DNA of 49,798 nt, from the sequence record NC_101840.1; one strand, 5' to 3'. Below, piece after piece: positions 10,186 to 18,229 of the stretch. The position numbers were made by a program, and so were the translations under genes. Position 1 is the stretch's first letter. Each line of letters begins with the position of its first letter. This DNA comes from a phage. The notes under the pieces were generated by a model. That model searched no databases. It was not told the origin of the DNA and was given only the letters and a program-made list of their open reading frames with translations.

Positions 10186-10618
10186 TTATAAGATCAGGGA
10201 ATTTCACGGTGATATAAGCAGGTGGATTGATTCAGTAAGCAGCGGCCTTGTTGATTGCGTTGAAATGTTCGCGACAAACGTCCACGAGGATCTTGTAAAG
10301 CGTTCGCCAGTTGATACGGGCCGATATAAAGCTAACTGGCAGGTAACAGCAAACAAGCCGCCGCTATATGCTCTCAATCAATACGATCGCGATGGTAGTA
10401 AAACCATTGCAGAAGGCAAGCGAACAATATATGCAATCATGCGGGGCGGTGGCGCGGTGCGGTCAATCTATTTTTCAAACATGCTTATTTACGCCAATGC
10501 GCTTGAATACGGGCATTCAAAACAAGCGCCGTCCGGCGTGCTGGGAATCGTGGCGGTAAAGCTGCGATCCTATATGACTAAGGCAATAAAGGATTCGAGG
10601 GCAAAAAATGCACTATGA
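10175..10618 (+). CDS. HK97 gp10-like neck/tail component
   Basis: RSPVDTGRYKANW motif typical of the HK97 gp10 family; AAGGAGG RBS. Confidence 0.5.
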   Translation: MADNYKIREFHGDISRWIDSVSSGLVDCVEMFATNVHEDLVKRSPVDTGRYKANWQVTANKPPLYALNQYDRDGSKTIAEGKRTIYAIMRGGGAVRSIYFSNMLIYANALEYGHSKQAPSGVLGIVAVKLRSYMTKAIKDSRAKNAL

Positions 10619-11009
10619 TTTAATGTTAGCGGCAAGAAAGGCGCTGGCGGCGGAATATGAATCACGATTCAAGATCGCCTATGAAAACGTTGATTTTGTT
10701 CCGCCTGGTGATGGTTCGATGTGGTTAAAATTTGACTACATGGAAGCCGACACAGATCGCATATCTCTTGATAGAAAATGCGTTTCTTATATCGGATTGG
10801 TTCAGGTTGGAATTGTTATGCCTCCTGGCGGCGGCACTGATAAAGCGCGTTTGCTGGCTAAAGAGATTGCGAGATTTTTCTATGATGGTAGAATGTTTGA
10901 AACTGGCTATATTAGCGATGGGGCAAAGGTCCACACATTACTAAAAAGTGAAACAGGTTGGTTCTTACCGATCCGTTTCAGTGTTAGGCTTGACACAAAG
11001 GAGGAATAA
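10608..11009 (+). CDS. putative tail terminator / tail completion protein
   Basis: position immediately upstream of major tail gene. Confidence 0.35.
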   Translation: MHYDLMLAARKALAAEYESRFKIAYENVDFVPPGDGSMWLKFDYMEADTDRISLDRKCVSYIGLVQVGIVMPPGGGTDKARLLAKEIARFFYDGRMFETGYISDGAKVHTLLKSETGWFLPIRFSVRLDTKEE

Positions 11010-11011
11010 TC

Positions 11012-11674
11012 ATGCACTTGCCTAATGGTTCTCAAATTTTCATCGGCGTTAATATGGGTGAGCCAATTAGCGCGACTCAAATCAGCAATGCTGATAATCC
11101 TGTTTTTACAACCGAAAACACTCAAAGCATCAAAAAAGGCGCTTATGTTCTTATTGAAACATCTTCTTGGGGCAAACTTGTTAGTCGAGTGCTTCGAGTT
11201 AAGGAAGTATCAGATAATGCAAGTGTTACTCTTGAGGGTGTTAGCACTAAAGATACAAACGTATTTCCAGAAGGACAGAACACAGCAACTTTCCGAGAAG
11301 TGAAATCTTGGGTAGAGGTTCCTTGCGTACAGGATCTTGCGCAGGACGGCGGCGAGCAACAGTATTACACTTATCAGTGTTTGGCTGATGACCAGGAGCA
11401 GCAGTTGCCGACCTACAAGAGCGCGGTTTCTCTTACCTACACTTTCGCTCATGAATATGATAACCCGATTTATCCGATCTTGCGCGAGGCTGAGGAATCC
11501 GGCGACGTAACCGCTTTGCGTATGTACGTGCCGAAAGCTAAAGAGATGCGTTGCTGGGCTGGCGTATTGTCTTTTAATGACATTCCGCAAACAACTATGA
11601 ACGAAATGGAAACTGTTTCCCTTTCTGTATCTCTGAAAGGCCGATTCACGTTCTTACCTTCCGACGTTAAGTAA
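11012..11674 (+). CDS. major tail protein (220 aa)
   Basis: AAGGAGG RBS, strong terminator after gene, position directly before G/GT chaperone and tape measure. Confidence 0.55.
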   Translation: MHLPNGSQIFIGVNMGEPISATQISNADNPVFTTENTQSIKKGAYVLIETSSWGKLVSRVLRVKEVSDNASVTLEGVSTKDTNVFPEGQNTATFREVKSWVEVPCVQDLAQDGGEQQYYTYQCLADDQEQQLPTYKSAVSLTYTFAHEYDNPIYPILREAEESGDVTALRMYVPKAKEMRCWAGVLSFNDIPQTTMNEMETVSLSVSLKGRFTFLPSDVK

Positions 11675-11679
11675 AACAA

Positions 11680-11701
11680 GGGGCGTTGCGCCCCTTTTTT
11701 C
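11680..11701 (+). terminator. rho-independent terminator
   Basis: GGGGCG-TT-GCGCCCC hairpin followed by TTTTTT. Confidence 0.6.
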
Positions 11702-11740
11702 ATTCCTGTAAAATCAATCTATCAAATAAATTAATTCCAC

Positions 11741-11760
11741 TTTTAACAAAAAGTGCTATA
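11741..11760 (-). promoter_or_regulatory. conserved junction box, inverted relative to downstream gene
   Basis: TTTTAACAAAAAGTGCTATA directly abutting the RBS of the chaperone gene. Confidence 0.45.
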
Positions 11761-11773
11761 AGGAGATCTTAAG

Positions 11774-12091
11774 ATGGCAAAGATGAAACTAACGTTAGGC
11801 CCACTGCCTGATTTTAAGCTGCCTGTTTCTTTCGTGCTTCCAAATGGTGATGAGCAAGTTATTGTTTTTACCGTGCGCCACAAGAAGGCAAGCGAAATTC
11901 ACGAACGATACACAGCAGAAAAGCCGATGAGCGACGTAGAAATGATCACCTTCCTTGCTTCCGGTTGGGATCTGGAAGATGAATTTAACGAGGAAAACGT
12001 TGCTAAATTGCTGGATTATTACCCGTCTGCGTCATTATCGCTGACTGGTCATTATATGAAAGCACTTGCGGGGCAGCGGGTAAAAAACTAA
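11774..12091 (+). CDS. tail assembly chaperone (lambda G-like, 105 aa)
   Basis: position between major tail and tape measure genes; ends just after slippery heptamer. Confidence 0.6.
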   Translation: MAKMKLTLGPLPDFKLPVSFVLPNGDEQVIVFTVRHKKASEIHERYTAEKPMSDVEMITFLASGWDLEDEFNEENVAKLLDYYPSASLSLTGHYMKALAGQRVKN

Positions 12092-12408
12092 AGCGGGCGG
12101 TTTACCTGTTTTACCTCAAGCCGCCAACTGACGCACAATTAGAGGCCGTCGGCCTATCCCGTTCAGACTACGAAGGGGAGGAGCCGCCGGAGGTAATTTT
12201 TGATGAATCAATGTTTCAATCTTGGGATCTGTTTTGCGCTATGCAGACGCAATGGAGATCGACTAGCGGCAGTGTGTATGGGTTCGACTATAACGTTTTG
12301 CCTATGCTTTTTGACATTTACAAGATTGAGGATCGGGAGATGGCGCTAAATGATTTGCGCATCATGGAACAAAAGGCGCTAGAAATGATTCATTCAAACA
12401 AAACATAA
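11774..12408 (+). CDS. tail assembly chaperone frameshift product (GT-like), via -1 frameshift near 12082-12088
   Basis: -1 frame stays open from the slippery site to 12408 (track ORF 12211..12408 is its 3' part). Confidence 0.5.
12082..12088 (+). other. slippery heptamer A_AAA_AAC for programmed -1 ribosomal frameshift
   Basis: XXXYYYZ heptamer immediately before G stop codon; conserved G/GT arrangement in siphophages. Confidence 0.5.
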
Positions 12409-12428
12409 GCGCCGCGAGGCGCTTTTTT
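12408..12428 (+). terminator. hairpin plus T-run
   Basis: AGCGCC-GCGA-GGCGCT followed by TTTTTT. Confidence 0.5.
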
Positions 12429-12447
12429 AATATCTGGAGGTTTTAAA

Positions 12448-15129
12448 ATGGCTGAAAAATACGCTGGCCTAACGCTAGGCGTTGACGTGTCGCAGGTCAA
12501 CAATGCTGTTAAATCATTGCAGCAATTCAAGAAGGCAAACGACGACGCAAAAAAAAGCGTTAATGAATTTGTTGATTCTGAGGTTGTGGCCCGACAGCAA
12601 GCAAAACAGCTTGCCGAAGAACTGGCGCGCCAGAAAGCAGAATTTAAGAAAATCCAGGAGTCAATTGATCCCACTGCATCAAAGATGGATAAGCTGCGAA
12701 AGGCAGCGACACAGCTTGATGCGCTATGGAAAAAGGGCGTTGTTCCTGATCAGACTTTTTTTGAGCTTGGGGCAATTCTTGAGACGCAGCAAAACAAGCT
12801 GATCGCAACCAAAAAAGCGATGACAGAGGAAGGCCGCGCGGCGCTTGAGGAATCAAAGAACAAGGCGCGTGCAGCGGAAGAGGCTAAAAAATTCGTCCAG
12901 GCTTTGCGTGAGCAGGAAGAAGCAGCAGGAAAAAGCAAGTCTGAATTGCTGGAAATGAAAGCGGCACAGCTTGGAGTTAGCCAGGAGGCAGCACCTTACA
13001 TCGCAAGGCTGAAAGAGCAGGAAAAGCAGATCCAGAAACTTGGGATTTCTACAGGCCAATACAAACAAGCAATGGCGCAATTGCCAATGCAGATCACAGA
13101 CGTGGTGACTTCACTTGCTTCTGGTATGCCAGTTTGGTTGGTCGCAGTCCAGCAGGGTGGACAGATCAAGGATTCTTTTGGTGGTGCATCCAATGCTTTA
13201 AAAGCGTTGCTATCTTTCCTGAATCCGGTAAACGTGGCGTTTGGCTTGCTTTCCGGCACGCTGGCAATTGCTGCATATAATGCCTACAAAGCACAGACAG
13301 AGCTTGAGGCAATTAAAAAAACCGTTCAGGAAACAACTGGCTTGAGTGGTGAGTTTGCCGAAAAGATTGCTATAGGAATCCAGGAGCTTTCCGACAAGAC
13401 AGGCGAAAGCGCCGAAGATCTGGCAAAGGCTTACATAACAACGAAAGACGGCGCGAGCGAGGCGATTAAAAAACTGGTTGACGTTGGAATGACTTATGAT
13501 GACGCAAAAAAGAAAGTCAACGAGTACAAGGGCGCGTCTAGCTTTGTCAGCTTGAATAACGAAATTGCAAACCACAAAAACAAAGTCCTTGAGTTGGGCG
13601 AGTCGTGGTATGAAGTTTTGAAAGCTAAGCGTGATTACGCTTCCCCGTCCGGCGGCCTGTTAGGTAAAGAGCTTGGCTATGTTAATCCTATGCTTAAGTT
13701 TGCACTTAACACTTATGAAGACATTGGAAAGGTCGTAAAAGATGCGAATAAGGACATGGCGGAACGAGCGGAGCGAATCGACAAAGAAAACCTGGCCTTA
13801 AACAGAGTGCGCGCAGCACAGGAGGCTTTAAACAAAGCCATTAAGGATCAGAAAAATGTGGCGCGTTCGGCTGATGAAGAACTGAAAAAGCGCGCGGCTG
13901 AAAACGTGGAGTTTAGGCGCAAAGAGCTTGAGGAAATCAAGAAGCAGGAGCAGAAAAAGAAAGAGGCTAAAGGGGGAATAGTTCGCGGCCCTACTGAGCA
14001 GCTTGATAAAGAGTTGTACGTTTTAAAGGCGCAACTGGAAACTCTTAAAGAGCATCGCACTGTTAACGATGTTATTTCTCGCCAGCGTAAATCTTTATGG
14101 AGCATCGAAAAGCAGATCGAGATCCTGGAGAATGCGCAGAGCAAGCGTAAATTGACCGGAGCGGAACAGGCGCTACTAAACGAGCAAAAGGCCGTTCTTG
14201 AAATGGCAAGACAAAAAGCTGAGCTAGGGGATCAGATTGTTTTGCAGGAGCGCAAAAACAAGCTGGAGCAAGATAGTCTTAAGTTTATCCGTGAAACTGA
14301 GGCTGCTATTGATGCGATTGGCCTTAAGCAACTTGGATACACTGAAAAGCAGATCGAGCGTGAGCTAGAGTTACGCAAGCTGCGCACCGACTACGAGGCG
14401 CAAGGCGGAAGCGTTAGCGACGAAGTTTTTCAGCAAATGGAGACGAAACTTAAGCTGTATTACCAGGCACAAGACGAGGCGCAAGGCAACTGGTTAGCCG
14501 GAGCAAAGAACGCATGGGAGCTATTCGCGGAAGATGCAAACAATGCCTATGGCAATGTTCAGCAGATCGCAAGCGAGGCGTTAAACGGCCTTACAAACCA
14601 ATTAGCGAATTTTATCGCTACTGGCAAGGCAAACTTTAAAGACTTCTCGACGGCTATCATCAAAATGATTATCCAGATGATCACGAAAATGGTCGTCTTT
14701 AATGCGTTATCTGGCCTGATGGGTGGTCAAACCTGGACGATGGGGAGCTTGCTTAAGAATATTGGCGGATTTGCTGGCGGTGGATACACTGGAGACGGCG
14801 GGAAGTATGAGCCAGCCGGAATTGTCCATAAAGGTGAATTTGTCATGACGAAGGAGGCGACGCAGCGTATCGGAGTAGGCAACTTGTACCGCATGATGCG
14901 AGGCTATGCTAACGGCGGCGTTGTTGGTGGTTCCGGCTATACTGGCGGTGGCACTGTCACTGGTGGAGCACCTCAATTTAACATCGGTGGGATTGATGTT
15001 AGCATCAATAACGGCAATGATCCGAAGGGTATCGAAACTGGTGTTAAGATGATCTTTACTGATATGATTAGACGTTCCTGTATGCAGGGCGGGGAGGTTT
15101 ACGAATTTGTTATGAGCAAGCGAGGTTGA
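12448..15129 (+). CDS. tail tape measure protein (893 aa)
   Basis: length, coiled-coil-rich N-terminal half, Gly-rich C-terminus, position after G/GT. Confidence 0.85.
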   Translation: MAEKYAGLTLGVDVSQVNNAVKSLQQFKKANDDAKKSVNEFVDSEVVARQQAKQLAEELARQKAEFKKIQESIDPTASKMDKLRKAATQLDALWKKGVVPDQTFFELGAILETQQNKLIATKKAMTEEGRAALEESKNKARAAEEAKKFVQALREQEEAAGKSKSELLEMKAAQLGVSQEAAPYIARLKEQEKQIQKLGISTGQYKQAMAQLPMQITDVVTSLASGMPVWLVAVQQGGQIKDSFGGASNALKALLSFLNPVNVAFGLLSGTLAIAAYNAYKAQTELEAIKKTVQETTGLSGEFAEKIAIGIQELSDKTGESAEDLAKAYITTKDGASEAIKKLVDVGMTYDDAKKKVNEYKGASSFVSLNNEIANHKNKVLELGESWYEVLKAKRDYASPSGGLLGKELGYVNPMLKFALNTYEDIGKVVKDANKDMAERAERIDKENLALNRVRAAQEALNKAIKDQKNVARSADEELKKRAAENVEFRRKELEEIKKQEQKKKEAKGGIVRGPTEQLDKELYVLKAQLETLKEHRTVNDVISRQRKSLWSIEKQIEILENAQSKRKLTGAEQALLNEQKAVLEMARQKAELGDQIVLQERKNKLEQDSLKFIRETEAAIDAIGLKQLGYTEKQIERELELRKLRTDYEAQGGSVSDEVFQQMETKLKLYYQAQDEAQGNWLAGAKNAWELFAEDANNAYGNVQQIASEALNGLTNQLANFIATGKANFKDFSTAIIKMIIQMITKMVVFNALSGLMGGQTWTMGSLLKNIGGFAGGGYTGDGGKYEPAGIVHKGEFVMTKEATQRIGVGNLYRMMRGYANGGVVGGSGYTGGGTVTGGAPQFNIGGIDVSINNGNDPKGIETGVKMIFTDMIRRSCMQGGEVYEFVMSKRG

Positions 15130-15131
15130 TA

Positions 15132-15482
15132 ATGAAGCTGGATCAGTTTAAGTGGTGTACGCAGGTTCAGAACGGCGGCGGGGCAATGACGTCATCGAAT
15201 AACGATCGAGAGATTGCATTCGGTAACGGATACACACAGGTAGCATCTGGAGGTTTTAACACAATCCGGCGAGAGTTTAGCATTATTTACGCTGGGCTTG
15301 ATTACAGAGATGTTGTCAAGTTCCTGAATGAGCACAGGCTAAAGCCTTTCTTGTGGATCATGCCTGATGGAAGCCCTGGATTGTTCAGGGTGAAAAGCGG
15401 CAGCGTCGGCCTTACTCCACTGTCGCCAACCGTTCAGGAAGTAAAAGCCACTTTTACGGAGCAATTTACATCAATGCAATAA
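15132..15482 (+). CDS. minor tail protein (lambda M-like)
   Basis: size and position after tape measure in M-L-K-I order; first ATG of track ORF 15126. Confidence 0.6.
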   Translation: MKLDQFKWCTQVQNGGGAMTSSNNDREIAFGNGYTQVASGGFNTIRREFSIIYAGLDYRDVVKFLNEHRLKPFLWIMPDGSPGLFRVKSGSVGLTPLSPTVQEVKATFTEQFTSMQ

Positions 15483-15487
15483 TTTAA

Positions 15488-15511
15488 AGCCGCCTTTGTG
15501 CGGCTTTTTTC
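15488..15511 (+). terminator. hairpin plus T-run
   Basis: GCCGC-CTTTGTG-CGGC followed by TTTTTT. Confidence 0.5.
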
Positions 15512-15544
15512 TTGATGTTACAATGAGCAAAAAGGAGGTAGAAA

Positions 15545-16306
15545 ATGGCTAATAAAGAATCAGGTAGAGTTGAATTTGAGAACTGCCTACAAAGTTTATA
15601 CCCAGGCGAAATTATAACGCTCGTAGAGATTGATGGGACGAAGTTCGGAGCAAATATTTACCGATTTCACAATGAGAACATCTCTTATACTGCCGAGGAA
15701 TTAATGCAAGCGCAGCAAACCGGAATCTTGCCGCCGAAAGATATTATTTTCCAGGGTGAGGTTTACGGAGCGCGACCTTTCGGTGTGAGCGGGATTAACT
15801 TCACAAGTAACGGCAGGGCAGATAAGCCTCAGCTTATAGTGTCAAACCTTGACAGCAGGGTTAGCGCCATGATCAGAAATTACAATGGCATGATGCAAGC
15901 AAAGGTGACTTTCTGGATCACGGCAAAGGAATTTATCGGAGAAGGCGGGGCAATCAAAGATGGCGCTTACAGAAAATTGGTTTATTACATTGAGCGCCCA
16001 AGCCAGTATAATAGAGAGGTGGCGAAATTTGATCTGACGTCGCCTTACGATATGGATGGACTGATGATCCCGCCGCGCATCACTCAAAGCGTTTGCTATT
16101 GGGCGCAAAGGGGGTGGTACAGGAGCGGAAAGGGTTGCTCTTATAACGGATCGGCAATGTTCGATAAAGACAATAAGCCAGTAACAGATCCATCACAAGA
16201 CTATTGCGCCGGAACTGTAACGGCTTGCAAATTGAGGTTCGGTCAGCAAAACGAATTGGATTTCGGCGGTTGCGCGGTTGCTTCACTGCTACGGAGGAAT
16301 CAATAA
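15545..16306 (+). CDS. minor tail protein (lambda L-like)
   Basis: size, position, C-terminal cysteine cluster as in L-family proteins. Confidence 0.65.
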   Translation: MANKESGRVEFENCLQSLYPGEIITLVEIDGTKFGANIYRFHNENISYTAEELMQAQQTGILPPKDIIFQGEVYGARPFGVSGINFTSNGRADKPQLIVSNLDSRVSAMIRNYNGMMQAKVTFWITAKEFIGEGGAIKDGAYRKLVYYIERPSQYNREVAKFDLTSPYDMDGLMIPPRITQSVCYWAQRGWYRSGKGCSYNGSAMFDKDNKPVTDPSQDYCAGTVTACKLRFGQQNELDFGGCAVASLLRRNQ

Positions 16307-17037
16307 TGATTAGTGCAAAAATTAAACTTGAAATAATGCAGCACGTTAAAGAGGAATACCCTAAAGAGGCTTGCGGCGTCATAACTCAAAAGTCACGGGT
16401 ACAGAAATATCACCGCATAACCAACGTGCATGACGATCCAGAAAATCATTTTGAAATGGACGCCGTAGAATACGCTGAATCGCTCGACAAAGGCGAATTA
16501 ATCGCGGTTGTGCATTCCCATTGCGGGGATGGTGCTAGTACGATACCGAGCGCGCACGACTCATGTATGTGCGATGAAATGGGTGTGTCGTGGATTATAG
16601 TATCATGGCCCGAAGGTGATATGAGAATTGTCGAGCCGCAGGAGAGGCCGCTTATCGGTCGCCCGTGGTCGCTGGGGTCGTTCGATTGCTGGGGTCTTAT
16701 CATGGCATGGCATAAACAGCACGGAGTAGTATTGAATGACTTCCGAAAGCCTTACGAGTGGTGGAAGTCAGAATATGGTGAAAATCTTTACCAGGATAAT
16801 TATTTGAAAGAGGGATTTGTTGAAACTAACGAGCCTCCAAAACCTGGTGATATGGTGATTATGCAGCTATCATCGCCAGTCTGGAATCATGCGGGGATTT
16901 ATTTGGGTAACAATCAGCTATTACATCATGCGTTTGGAAAGCTATCTCGCATTGACTTGTATTCTGGATGGTATCAGGAGCACACTGTAAAAATTTGCCG
17001 ACATAAGGATCTGAAATATGACATTGAAAGTAATTAA
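16306..17037 (+). CDS. tail assembly protein (lambda K-like; JAB/MPN plus NlpC/P60 domains)
   Basis: JAMM-like HSHCGDGASTIPSAHD motif, downstream Cys/His of NlpC/P60 type; RBS GGAGG; start from internal ATG of track ORF 16204. Confidence 0.75.
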   Translation: MISAKIKLEIMQHVKEEYPKEACGVITQKSRVQKYHRITNVHDDPENHFEMDAVEYAESLDKGELIAVVHSHCGDGASTIPSAHDSCMCDEMGVSWIIVSWPEGDMRIVEPQERPLIGRPWSLGSFDCWGLIMAWHKQHGVVLNDFRKPYEWWKSEYGENLYQDNYLKEGFVETNEPPKPGDMVIMQLSSPVWNHAGIYLGNNQLLHHAFGKLSRIDLYSGWYQEHTVKICRHKDLKYDIESN

Positions 17038-17614
17038 GCTATCTGGTTCCCTGGGGCGTAGATTTGGCGTCTTTCACAAAATGGCGGTTGACTCATACCC
17101 CGAAGCAATACGCGCGTTATCTTCCCAGGTTGAAGGGTTCAAGGACTACATGCAAAGCGAAGTAGGATCGCGAATGAAGTATGCTGTATTCGTTGATGGA
17201 AAAAACGTTGGTCAGCATGATGAAAAATCATGGAAGTGCGCGCGAGAGGTTCGAATAGTTCCTGTTCCAACTGGTTCTAAGTCCGGCGGCCTGTTCAATG
17301 TTGTTTTTGGTGCTGTAATTATGGCTACTGCTTTCATTACTGGCGGTGCAAGCCTGGCGGCTATGGGCGCTTTTGCATCTTCCGCATTTATGATGGGTGG
17401 TGCTATCGCGCTTGGCGGTGTCATGCAAATGATCTCGCCGCAGCAGGGAGGAATGAAACTGCAAAGCCAGTCAGCAGAAAACAAGCCTTCTTACGCTTTC
17501 GGCGGCGCAGTAAATACCACGGCGGCAGGCTATCCGGTTCCTTTGCCATATGGATATAGGACAGTAGGCGGCGCGATCTGGTCGGCTGGCAGCTACGCAG
17601 AGGACAAAGCATAA
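17018..17614 (+). CDS. tail assembly protein (lambda I-like)
   Basis: position after K-like gene; Gly/Ala-rich hydrophobic C-terminal half. Confidence 0.55.
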   Translation: MTLKVIKLSGSLGRRFGVFHKMAVDSYPEAIRALSSQVEGFKDYMQSEVGSRMKYAVFVDGKNVGQHDEKSWKCAREVRIVPVPTGSKSGGLFNVVFGAVIMATAFITGGASLAAMGAFASSAFMMGGAIALGGVMQMISPQQGGMKLQSQSAENKPSYAFGGAVNTTAAGYPVPLPYGYRTVGGAIWSAGSYAEDKA

Positions 17615-17634
17615 ATAGCACAATATGTTAAAGC
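17613..17634 (+). promoter_or_regulatory. conserved junction box variant (AAATAGCACAATATGTTAAAGC)
   Basis: degenerate copy; follows TAA stop of I-like gene; followed by hairpin GCGAAAACGGATTTTCGC. Confidence 0.4.
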
Positions 17635-17675
17635 GAAAACGGATTTTCGCTTTACAATTAATTAAGGAGGTGATC

Positions 17676-18152
17676 ATGTGGCGTGATATTTTTTATTATA
17701 ATGACGGTAAGTTATTTTGGGCTGTAGACGTAGGAAGAAGGATAAAGAAAGGAAGTGAGGCAGGAAGCGTAAGCAAAAGCAAGAAGAGTGGAGAAAGGGT
17801 TAGAATATCAATTGATGGAGAAAGATACTACAGGAGCAGGATAGTTTGGGAAATTCATAATGGAGAAATACCGCATGGAATGCAAGTTGATCACATAGAT
17901 CACAACACAATGAACGACAATATTTCAAACTTAAGACTTGTTAGAATGAGTGTTAACAACAAGAATAAGTCGCTTTACAGGAACAGCAAGACGGGAATTA
18001 CTGGGGTAAACTTTAGTCGCGGAAAATGGATTGCAAGAGCAAAGATTGATGGTGTTAGGCATGAATTTTACTTTGATTCATTTCAGGATGCGGCAGAAAA
18101 GAGGATAGAGATTGAAGTTTTAAACAAATTCCACATAAACCACGGAAAGTAG
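17676..18152 (+). CDS. HNH homing endonuclease with AP2-like DNA-binding domain
   Basis: HIDHNTMNDNISNLRL (HNH) motif and C-terminal GVNF...W...I AP2-like segment; AAGGAGG RBS; start from internal ATG of track ORF 17625. Confidence 0.75.
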   Translation: MWRDIFYYNDGKLFWAVDVGRRIKKGSEAGSVSKSKKSGERVRISIDGERYYRSRIVWEIHNGEIPHGMQVDHIDHNTMNDNISNLRLVRMSVNNKNKSLYRNSKTGITGVNFSRGKWIARAKIDGVRHEFYFDSFQDAAEKRIEIEVLNKFHINHGK

Positions 18153-18158
18153 ACTTAA

Positions 18159-18181
18159 CCAGCATTGCGCTGGTTTTTTTG
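18159..18181 (+). terminator. rho-independent terminator
   Basis: CCAGC-ATTGC-GCTGG hairpin followed by TTTTTTT. Confidence 0.6.
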
Positions 18182-18229
18182 TGCCTTTATAATGTGCAAA
18201 CCAAGAAACAGCACAAAAGGTTAAAAGTA

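Noticed and set aside
12390-14144. Several minus-strand track ORFs (12390-12674, 12644-12856, 12750-12938, 12853-13080, 12996-13259, 13210-13575, 13848-14144) inside the tape measure gene
   Set aside because: Fully embedded antisense to a long, well-supported gene, with no RBS or coupling signals; judged frame artefacts.
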